From the NCBI GenBank assembly GCA_012086945.1, contig GCA_012086945.1_3922.1: DNA of 24,122 bases, one strand, 5' to 3'. The notes under the pieces are model-generated. The model was not told the origin of the DNA. It was given only the letters and a program-made list of their open reading frames with translations, and did not search any database. The translations under genes and the position numbers were made by a program. Shown one piece after another: positions 1 through 6,958 of the stretch. Source of the DNA: a phage. How positions within the stretch are numbered: position 1 is the stretch's first letter; every line of letters begins with the position of its first letter.

Positions 1-146
1 AGCTCTAAGTCATTTTTATCTGGTTTATGAAAACAGTTTGCTCCGCAGTGGCAACGAAATGGCTTTCCACCAACTGTAAGGATGAAGGATTGAACCTTTC
101 CATCAGGAGTTCGTACAGCATTTTTATGTTTATCTTCTTTGTTCAT
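1..146 (-). CDS. small Cys4 zinc-ribbon protein, 3' end truncated by window edge; paralogue of 471..674
   Basis: Minus-strand ATG at 146..144; translation MNKEDKHKNAVRTPDGKVQSFILTVGGKPFRCHCGANCFHKPDKNDLE... aligns with the 471..674 product (shared FRC-x-CG-x-NCFHKPD). Absent from the ORF track because it is short and truncated. Confidence 0.45.
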   Translation of the reverse strand, partial: MNKEDKHKNAVRTPDGKVQSFILTVGGKPFRCHCGANCFHKPDKNDLE

Positions 147-219
147 TTTATCTCTTGCCTCACAAGCTATGCAACCTTTTGAGTAGAAGTAGTGCCAAGC
201 ACAACCATCTAAGCTCTCT

Positions 220-474
220 TTAGTGATTAATTGAATTTACTAATTCCATGTGTTTTTCGTAGAAACATAAACATTTTTTATCTTGCTCATTTATGTAGCT
301 CTCATAAAATTCTGGTGATTCTGGTCTTTCACCAAATGAAATAACCTTTAGGTAGTACTTCCCATATGTGGAGCTATCTAACCAAGAGTCAAATAGTAAT
401 TTCTTAGTATTAGTCTTTGGAGAGATTACCAAACTTTTCTCATACAATTCCTTCATTTCTTGAGTTATCTTCAT
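220..474 (-). CDS. hypothetical protein (84 aa)
   Basis: Track ORF; stop overlaps the upstream gene start (ATGA), tight packing with neighbours; no recognisable motif. Confidence 0.45.
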   Translation of the reverse strand: MKITQEMKELYEKSLVISPKTNTKKLLFDSWLDSSTYGKYYLKVISFGERPESPEFYESYINEQDKKCLCFYEKHMELVNSINH

Positions 475-674
475 TGCATATCCTTAATCTTACCTAATAA
501 CCTTACCCCACAGTTATTACACTCGTATATGTCTAACTTTGTGTTATCAGGTTTGTGAAAACAGTTTGACCCACAACGACACCGGAATAGTTTACCATCA
601 ACACGAAGAATAAACGTCTCAAGCTCACCCTCTTCTGTAAGAACTGCGTTCTTCAATTTATCTCCTACAGTCAT
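471..674 (-). CDS. small Cys4 zinc-ribbon protein (67 aa)
   Basis: CRCGSNCFHK ... YECNNCGV gives a C-x-C ... C-x2-C arrangement; paralogous to the partial ORF at 1..146. Confidence 0.5.
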   Translation of the reverse strand: MTVGDKLKNAVLTEEGELETFILRVDGKLFRCRCGSNCFHKPDNTKLDIYECNNCGVRLLGKIKDMQ

Positions 675-877
675 TTTCTTTTACCACCAATCTCTACGTC
701 GATAACTTGAACATCACCAGCAACATCAAACTTATGAATGATACTTTCCACAGTGTAAGTCCAACCATCGATTCTAACCAACTCACCTTCCCGTGGGACG
801 ATTGGGTTACGTTGAGCTACCGTTGTAGTGGAGTGAACAACATCATAACAGTAGATATAGTTTACTAGGACTTCCAT
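671..877 (-). CDS. hypothetical protein (about 68 aa; track ORF 671..976 shortened to an internal ATG)
   Basis: ATG at 877 is preceded by GAGGT (TTGAGTGAGGTTTTCACG-ATG) and begins just after the stop of the 888..1145 gene; the longer track ORF would overlap that gene by about 90 nt. Confidence 0.4.
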   Translation of the reverse strand: MEVLVNYIYCYDVVHSTTTVAQRNPIVPREGELVRIDGWTYTVESIIHKFDVAGDVQVIDVEIGGKRK

Positions 878-887
878 CGTGAAAACC

Positions 888-1145
888 TCACTCAATAACC
901 GTAGTATGTGATTGACCATTTTTGCCATAGCTATAAGATGTTGTTGTTTGAGAGTTTGGACATCTGACAACAACAATATCTCTGCTTACAGTATCACCAT
1001 ATAACTCATAGACTATGCAATCTTGCATCTCTGGTGGGAGGCTGTAAGAAGCATTTTTATCTTCATAAGAGGGGTTGCAGCCAGATAGAAAAATTACTCC
1101 AAGTGCAACCATTGCTTTCACACAACTCTTAACCTTATTGTTCAC
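888..1145 (-). CDS. putative phage lipoprotein (85 aa), GTG start
   Basis: N-terminus MNNKVKSCVKAMVALGVIFLSG-C has a basic n-region, hydrophobic core and lipobox L-S-G-C (signal peptidase II type). Confidence 0.5.
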   Translation of the reverse strand: MNNKVKSCVKAMVALGVIFLSGCNPSYEDKNASYSLPPEMQDCIVYELYGDTVSRDIVVVRCPNSQTTTSYSYGKNGQSHTTVIE

Positions 1146-1281
1146 GATAGTCTACCTCTCTGTATGTTTTTAAATAGTGAGTGATGAGTTCTGGTAATTC
1201 ACTACGTTTAACGTTTGAACGAAGAAGCGTCCAGTCAAAACCTTTACCAACCCTTCCCCAGAGACTGTACATTTTCTTCAT
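1135..1281 (-). CDS. possible small ORF (about 48 aa, MKKMYSLWGRVGKGFDWTLLRSNVKRSELPELITHYLKTYREVDYREQ)
   Basis: Fills the gap between neighbours; its ATG overlaps the stop of the 1278..1511 gene as ATGA. Below the ORF-track length cut-off; hand translated. Confidence 0.25.
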   Translation of the reverse strand: MKKMYSLWGRVGKGFDWTLLRSNVKRSELPELITHYLKTYREVDYREQ

Positions 1282-1511
1282 AGCAACTCCAGAATATCAA
1301 TACGTTCACCTTTAAGTACTCCAGTACGGTCTTTTGCAATCTTACCGTCAACGATAAGGATGTGTGTAGACCTTAAAGCGTCGTTGTTAAAGGTTTTTAC
1401 GAACTTGCTAGGCATGACTACAATGGACATCTCCTGAATTAACTCTGGAGTGTAGCAGTTATCATGAAGTTGCTGAATAACGTCTGCAAGTGTCATTTTT
1501 GATGTCTCCAA
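1278..1511 (-). CDS. hypothetical protein (77 aa)
   Basis: Track ORF, co-oriented and tightly packed with neighbours; no recognised motif. Confidence 0.45.
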   Translation of the reverse strand: METSKMTLADVIQQLHDNCYTPELIQEMSIVVMPSKFVKTFNNDALRSTHILIVDGKIAKDRTGVLKGERIDILELL

Positions 1512-1702
1512 TATTCAATATCTACAAGTTCTTGTGCAATGCTTTTCAGATTACCTTTCAAGAAAACCTTCTCAGAACCTGAAAGAGATGAATTGTCAAT
1601 TAACCTGTTCATTCTCTCAAACAACTTCTGCTTACGATTTTTGATAGTTTCCTTTGAAGCACCTTTCATCATTGCTGCATGGGTTCTTCCACGGTGGCTC
1701 AT
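1493..1702 (-). CDS. hypothetical protein (69 aa)
   Basis: Strong Shine-Dalgarno AGGAGGG a few nt upstream of the ATG at 1702; immediately downstream of the polymerase gene. Confidence 0.5.
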   Translation of the reverse strand: MSHRGRTHAAMMKGASKETIKNRKQKLFERMNRLIDNSSLSGSEKVFLKGNLKSIAQELVDIEYWRHQK

Positions 1703-1730
1703 AAGCCCTCCTATATAAGATATTGTATAA

Positions 1731-1750
1731 GGTACTCTTCCATGAGTACC
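1731..1750 (-). other. perfect 7-bp stem / 6-nt loop hairpin (GGTACTC-TTCCAT-GAGTACC) between polymerase gene and next gene, no clear T-tract
   Basis: Inverted repeat read directly from sequence. Confidence 0.35.
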
Positions 1751-1763
1751 TTGTCAATACTAA

Positions 1764-4463
1764 TTAGTGCACTTCAAGCCAGCTTTTACCAACCTTACCA
1801 GTACCTGTTACAAGTGTTTCTTTCTTAAGACCTAAATTCTTAGAAGCTTGTCCATAATACCAGTCAGTAACTGCTTTCACTTCTGCCGTCATACTTTCTG
1901 GACATTCCCAGCTTGTTTCATCGTGATATGCGCAGAGCAAACGAGCACCAATAGCTGGTTTACGACCATTTAACTTCATCAAACCTTCGTCAATCATACG
2001 ACGACAAGCAAGGTTAATTGCCTCATTTTGAATCTGAGCCTCTGAACCCATCAAAAGATAGTTCAACAGTTTGTGTGGAGATTTACACCACAACCAAGCT
2101 CCAGCAACCTTTACAAATCCCCCTTTAGAGATTGCAGCGGTCTTACCAAAAACCTCTTCAAGTGCCTTTTTAGTCGCTTTGTAGTCAGCTTCCAAGTCAT
2201 CTAGCAACTTCTTAATTTTAGGCAAACGAATAAAGTAAGTCTGTTTAGTCAGTGCACCTTCCTGAGTAGTTGCAGCTTTAATTGTCTTAGCAAACTTCTC
2301 ATCACCTGCACCGAACAGCAGTGCATAGATACCATTCTTAGCTTTTTTACGACCCTTACTAATCTCATGGAGAAGATTCTCATCCTGAGTGGCTCGACAA
2401 GTCAAGATATCCTGCTCATCATTCAAGCTAAAGTAAATACTGTTCAGTGTGTGTGCATCAGTCCCTGAATAGACAACGTACAGGTCATTCTCAGAGTCAT
2501 AGCGGAGGTACTTATCAATCTCTGGGTTGAGGTACTCATCAAAGTGTTTGCAGTAATAGCGTCCATCTTCTTGACGAATAAACTCAATCTCTTCTTTACC
2601 TTGCGTTACCGCTTTGGTGAAGTCTTTGTCACCCATAAAGTTACAAAGAAGAACTAGCTGGGCTGAGTTCATGTCTACAGAGACAACGTTAGTACCTTCT
2701 TCACAAATCCATACTGCCCTCATTGGTTCCCCATAGACAGCAGCACCAGACGGTACGTTTACAATACCATATTGTGTCATACGTCCAGTTGAAGTACCAA
2801 ATACCATTGCACCAGCACTAAGGCGACCATCTGGACGAATCTGGTTTAGCCAACCTTTTTCATCATCCTTTGAGTTCTCAATGGTTCTGCGTCGGTGCAT
2901 CAAAGTATAGTATTTAGCAATCTTCTGTCCAAGCTCACCTTCAATCGTATCATAAGAAGATTCAGTAAGTTTTGGTGAAGTACGGATTAAGCAAGGTTCA
3001 AGCAAATCCGTGTACTTCTTCACAGACCAGTTATGTTCGATGTACTGGACACCTTCGTGTTCAACATAACTCAACCCACACCGTTCAACCATCTCCTGCC
3101 ACTTAGGATGCTTTGTAATCATCTTTTTGTTGTCTTTGAAACGACAAACTTTGACAGGGCGACCGTCTGAATCTTTCTTGTAGTTCCAGTCATCTGGAAT
3201 CCAACCAACTGATTTCAAGTAGTCTTTAACAACTGCTACCTGAGTCATACGAGAAACTTCAAACTCAATTGGTGTATATGGTGCATCAATCAATCCTGTG
3301 TAGCGACTTGACTCAAGCTCAAAGTGGTTAACAACATGACTGTTATAGTACTTCACAGTTTTAACTGTTTTTACTGGCTTCCAGTCTTTGCATTTCTTAC
3401 CAATCTTTGCATTCAACTCATTGCAAATTGCACGAGCATCCTTCATTGCTACAAAACCCTCCTTGTACTCTTCACCAGTTACAGAGTTGGTTGGTGTATA
3501 GCAATTTCTCTTTTCAATGTTAAAAATCTTTGTAGTTGGCTTACCAAATGGCTTGATTTCATATGTCTGCATCTCACCGTTACGTACCTGCTGACGATAC
3601 TTCGTCTTAGGGTACTTGGTAATTCTCTTCAGTCCATCTGCGTGACCAAATGCTTCAACATACTCATTCCAAGCTTTTGCAAACTCTTCTCCAGTGACTT
3701 TACCTTTGGTCTTAATAGTTGGAGGAAGATGTGGTTCAACTTCTGAAGCAAGCTCATTAGTCAACTTGTCAAGTTCCTTTACATGGAACTCCATAAGCTC
3801 TTTATCAGCTTTCCAACCATTGATAGCTTGTTGACTCATCCAGAAAGATGTTTCTTTAGCTCGCATATAGGTTTCATAAGTGTCTATGCCACACTTCTTT
3901 AGCTTGAGATACTCATTATCCAGTGCGCGTTTAGTTTTGGCGTTAATACGGATATCTTCCACAACACGAGTGAAGATTTCTGCATTCCACACACCCCAAT
4001 GTTCAATCTCTGGTTTACGGACACCAACACGAGCACCCCATGCAGCCAAGCCATGAGCACCTTTATAGCCTTTTGGAGTTGGTCTATCCATCCACTGAAC
4101 ACGAGACTGGATAAGAGAATCCTGAAAGAAATTACTCCACGGCTTACACTTTGGATTATCAAAGTTCCATAAATCAGGTGCAATGTGATTGAAAACCCAC
4201 CAGTCATAACCCAGACCATTATGGATGCAAAGTCGTTTTGCCTTTAACGCAAACTCAACACCTTCACGTAAACCACCCTTAATGTACTTAGTGTACTTGT
4301 GACCGAGGATAGGCTCATCTGTAAAGACCCATACAGGTGGCTCTTCATCGTCAGATTTATAATCTGCGAAAGCCATTACGTGAACTTTAGTGAACTCAAG
4401 GAGTAAACCATCAGTTTCTGTATCACCAACTAAATGTAAGTTTTTAAAATCTACGTTTTCCAT
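1764..4463 (-). CDS. DNA polymerase, family A (T7 gp5-like) with N-terminal 3'-5' exonuclease domain
   Basis: Exo I motif VGDTETDG; motif A VVSVDMNSAQLVLL; motif B RKKAKNGIYALLFGAGDEKFA; motif C AYHDE; recalled similarity to T7 gp5 (e.g. YTPIEFEV vs YTPVEHVV). Start set at ATG 4463 (MENVDF...), preceded by AGAGGGAG; the track start at 4493 lacks an SD. Confidence 0.9.
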   Translation of the reverse strand: MENVDFKNLHLVGDTETDGLLLEFTKVHVMAFADYKSDDEEPPVWVFTDEPILGHKYTKYIKGGLREGVEFALKAKRLCIHNGLGYDWWVFNHIAPDLWNFDNPKCKPWSNFFQDSLIQSRVQWMDRPTPKGYKGAHGLAAWGARVGVRKPEIEHWGVWNAEIFTRVVEDIRINAKTKRALDNEYLKLKKCGIDTYETYMRAKETSFWMSQQAINGWKADKELMEFHVKELDKLTNELASEVEPHLPPTIKTKGKVTGEEFAKAWNEYVEAFGHADGLKRITKYPKTKYRQQVRNGEMQTYEIKPFGKPTTKIFNIEKRNCYTPTNSVTGEEYKEGFVAMKDARAICNELNAKIGKKCKDWKPVKTVKTVKYYNSHVVNHFELESSRYTGLIDAPYTPIEFEVSRMTQVAVVKDYLKSVGWIPDDWNYKKDSDGRPVKVCRFKDNKKMITKHPKWQEMVERCGLSYVEHEGVQYIEHNWSVKKYTDLLEPCLIRTSPKLTESSYDTIEGELGQKIAKYYTLMHRRRTIENSKDDEKGWLNQIRPDGRLSAGAMVFGTSTGRMTQYGIVNVPSGAAVYGEPMRAVWICEEGTNVVSVDMNSAQLVLLCNFMGDKDFTKAVTQGKEEIEFIRQEDGRYYCKHFDEYLNPEIDKYLRYDSENDLYVVYSGTDAHTLNSIYFSLNDEQDILTCRATQDENLLHEISKGRKKAKNGIYALLFGAGDEKFAKTIKAATTQEGALTKQTYFIRLPKIKKLLDDLEADYKATKKALEEVFGKTAAISKGGFVKVAGAWLWCKSPHKLLNYLLMGSEAQIQNEAINLACRRMIDEGLMKLNGRKPAIGARLLCAYHDETSWECPESMTAEVKAVTDWYYGQASKNLGLKKETLVTGTGKVGKSWLEVH

Positions 4464-4493
4464 TTTTACTCCCTCTAAAATCATTAACCTCAT

Positions 4494-4719
4494 ACATTAC
4501 TGCAAAAAATTATAAAAAGCAAGTTGACAATGTACTTGACAAGGTGTTAATCTTTGCGAAGTGGGTTTTACTTAAAAGGTTACTTAACAGTTTAACTATA
4601 CAGATACTTTAAAACTCTTAAAAGATTATTTAATAGCTTTTAAAAAGCTTTAAAGTATAACGTATAGAATACGTTAAGATAAAAGATTAAAACTTAATAG
4701 TTACTTAAAAGAGGCTTAC
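4494..4719. promoter_or_regulatory. AT-rich divergent intergenic control region
   Basis: Lies between the minus-strand polymerase and the plus-strand gene array. Contains direct repeats TTGACAA (4524..4530, 4536..4542), a minus-strand TATAAT (4509..4514), and an inverted repeat TAACGTAT-aga-ATACGTTA (4658..4676). Confidence 0.45.
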
Positions 4720-5142
4720 ATGCAGAAAATGTTTGTTCACCCAGACATAGCTGACTTTGTTAGAGCTTTGCAGAAGTTGGAAGAACTTGACATTGCTGCT
4801 CAACGGGAATATGCTCACCATCACAGGAGAATGGTTGATATACAACATGAAATAGAGTTATCAGAAGACTATGAAGATGACTTAAAATGCTCTGTGTTCG
4901 AGCATATGAAAGACGTTGCTATAGCTAGACGTAAAGCTAAAGACACAGTTGCTTTACTAGATTCTCTTAAAAAGAGGTTGCAAAGTGGTACAGACCTGTG
5001 TAATCTAGCGTCACTGATTAACGATGTTGAAACTTCTTGGGATAGGCACTATTATCCACGTTCTGAAAAGACACTTGACTTTTCTTCATCCGAAAACTTA
5101 AAATGTTCTAGGAAGAAACTTAACCAACTGAGAGAGAAATAA
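4720..5142 (+). CDS. hypothetical early protein (140 aa)
   Basis: ATG preceded by AAAAGAGG; first gene after the control region; no recognised motif. Confidence 0.55.
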   Translation: MQKMFVHPDIADFVRALQKLEELDIAAQREYAHHHRRMVDIQHEIELSEDYEDDLKCSVFEHMKDVAIARRKAKDTVALLDSLKKRLQSGTDLCNLASLINDVETSWDRHYYPRSEKTLDFSSSENLKCSRKKLNQLREK

Positions 5143-5143
5143 T

Positions 5144-5944
5144 ATGAATATCGATGTAGAAAAGATGCTTGAAGAAAAAGGTATTGACGAAGCATTTTTA
5201 ATCAATGCCGTAGAAAGCATGGCTATGATTCTTCGTGGTAACAACTATACAGAACAGTTTATGCCTGCAAGCTACAATCTGCCTAAAGACAAGTCTGATA
5301 ACGATGCTTTTGCAGAACAGGTTAACATGATGCTTTGCGACAAAACACTTGCTCTGGCATCTATTGCGGTTGGTGTTGATGCTCTTGCAGAGTTCATTTT
5401 TTATGAGATGCAGAGAAATGACTATATCAGGATGTCAGACGAAGATAAGGAGCTGTTGCTGACTAAGGACACTGATTTCATTATTGATACGCTTATCTCA
5501 TCAACAAGTGCTGTTATGGCTGTTCTTGAGAAGCGTATGGAAGAGAAACTTTCACGATATGAAAAACTTGATTGGGGCGTAGAAGAATTAAGCCCACGAA
5601 TCAAAGAAATTATCCAGCAAACTAAAGAGTCTTTGGAAGAAGCTATTGAAAATGACTCTGTAGCTGATATAGAACCTCTTCAGGTGAAAGTTGCACTGAT
5701 GATTCCAGCTATCTCTACGATGATGAATATCGTTGCACTAATACAACTTTCACAGATGATGGGTGTGAGTATTGAGTTCATTGAAGAGATGACTGGTGGC
5801 GTCAGTATGCAAGCAATCAATGATGTTTTGGTGAACATTGGTGCTTCCATCATTGAAGAGAAACTACGCATTAACTTCGGTGATGATTTTGTGAAGCAAA
5901 TCTCAGCTATGGCTGAAAAAGAGTCTGCTGAGCAACTGCACTAA
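5144..5944 (+). CDS. hypothetical strongly acidic protein (266 aa)
   Basis: Start 2 nt after the upstream stop; hand count gives roughly 50 Asp+Glu against about 23 Lys+Arg; followed by a terminator. Confidence 0.55.
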   Translation: MNIDVEKMLEEKGIDEAFLINAVESMAMILRGNNYTEQFMPASYNLPKDKSDNDAFAEQVNMMLCDKTLALASIAVGVDALAEFIFYEMQRNDYIRMSDEDKELLLTKDTDFIIDTLISSTSAVMAVLEKRMEEKLSRYEKLDWGVEELSPRIKEIIQQTKESLEEAIENDSVADIEPLQVKVALMIPAISTMMNIVALIQLSQMMGVSIEFIEEMTGGVSMQAINDVLVNIGASIIEEKLRINFGDDFVKQISAMAEKESAEQLH

Positions 5945-5961
5945 GTCTTTATAAATCTTAC

Positions 5962-5986
5962 AAGCCTCCTTAGTTGGGGGCTTTTT
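5962..5986 (+). terminator. rho-independent terminator candidate
   Basis: AAGCCTCC-ttagtt-GGGGGCTT stem-loop followed by a T-run, directly after the 5144..5944 gene. Confidence 0.5.
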
Positions 5987-6005
5987 AGTAATTAAGGGAG
6001 ATAAA

Positions 6006-6749
6006 ATGAGTAATATTATCGCATTTACTGGAAAGGCACGTTCTGGAAAAGACACCTCATGTTCTATTGTGAAGAACATCTTAGAGGATGAGTACGGCTA
6101 CAATGTTGCTGTAATGGCCTTTGCAGACAACCTTAAACTGTCTGCATCAAAGATATTTGACCTGACTTGGAATGACCTGTATGGTGAAACTAAAGAGACT
6201 CCGCAAGTATTTGACTTATCATATCCTGAACTGATGTTTAAAGTTACGGAAGCTATGGAGTTCACCTTCAGAGATGAACGCTACCATATGGACTTCAAGC
6301 TTATGTCAGAGTTAACCGGACGATTAATCATGGAGCTTAAGAAGGTTGCTAAACCTACCCTATTAACACGTCTGGGATTTAGTAAAAAGTATAAATTCTC
6401 ATCAAGACAAATTCAACAGATTTGGGGTACTGAAGTTGTCCGTAAAGTAATGGGCGACAAGTTCTGGTCTAAAGACCTTGAAAAAAGAATGGTTAGATTC
6501 CATGAAATGTGCTCACTTAGAAATCAATATGGTTTTGTCTTAATCAGTGATTTAAGATTTGACTCTGAAGCTGAATGGCTGAGTAGATTTGCACACCAAA
6601 CTATTGAAGTAAAAAGAGACAATGTGGACAAGGTTTCATCACATGTTTCAGAAAATGGGATTTCTACAAAATATGAGCGTGACATTATTCATAATAATGG
6701 TACTCTTGCAGACCTTGAGAACAAGCTAAGAGCCATCATTAAAGTTTAA
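6006..6749 (+). CDS. deoxynucleoside monophosphate kinase (T4 gp1-like P-loop kinase)
   Basis: N-terminal Walker A FTGKARSGKDTS matches the recalled T4 gp1 start (LSGVKRSGKDTT); similar length; strong SD AAGGGAG. Confidence 0.65.
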   Translation: MSNIIAFTGKARSGKDTSCSIVKNILEDEYGYNVAVMAFADNLKLSASKIFDLTWNDLYGETKETPQVFDLSYPELMFKVTEAMEFTFRDERYHMDFKLMSELTGRLIMELKKVAKPTLLTRLGFSKKYKFSSRQIQQIWGTEVVRKVMGDKFWSKDLEKRMVRFHEMCSLRNQYGFVLISDLRFDSEAEWLSRFAHQTIEVKRDNVDKVSSHVSENGISTKYERDIIHNNGTLADLENKLRAIIKV

Positions 6750-6757
6750 AAGAGATA

Positions 6758-6958
6758 ATGAAGATGAGAGTAAAAGACAATTTTAAAGTTATTGACCACC
6801 GTTTAGTGGAACTCTCATCTCTTTCCAATGAGGTAATGATTGAACGTCTTAAGAGAGTTGAATCACGAAGGAAAGAGATTGCAGATGAAATTCATGAACT
6901 GGACAAGATTGAAAATGGATTGAAGGCAGAACTACAACGAAGAGGTGCTAATGTCTAA
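6758..6958 (+). CDS. small hypothetical protein (66 aa), probable coiled coil
   Basis: Charged heptad-like sequence; stop overlaps the start of the primase-helicase gene. Confidence 0.45.
   Translation: MKMRVKDNFKVIDHRLVELSSLSNEVMIERLKRVESRRKEIADEIHELDKIENGLKAELQRRGANV

Noticed and set aside
3324-4219. Track ORFs 3324..3746 (+) and 3899..4219 (-) inside the DNA polymerase gene
   Set aside because: Wholly embedded in or antisense to a confidently assigned polymerase reading frame; hydrophobic low-complexity translations typical of off-frame AT-rich sequence.
1764-4493. Family B (T4 gp43-like) assignment and the 4493 start for the polymerase
   Set aside because: The motifs are family A (HDE motif C, R-x3-K...FG motif B), not YGDTDS. 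The ATG at 4493 lacks an SD, whereas ATG 4463 is preceded by AGAGGGAG.
4524-4564. Canonical sigma70 promoter in the divergent region using TTGACA at 4524 or 4536
   Set aside because: The -10 hexamers at 16 to 18 bp spacing (TTAATC, TAATCT, AAGTGG) are poor matches. Kept only as a regulatory region, not called as a promoter.
5422-5871. Minus-strand track ORFs 5422..5604 and 5680..5871
   Set aside because: Antisense to the 5144..5944 gene, no SD, Ser/Ile-rich off-frame composition.
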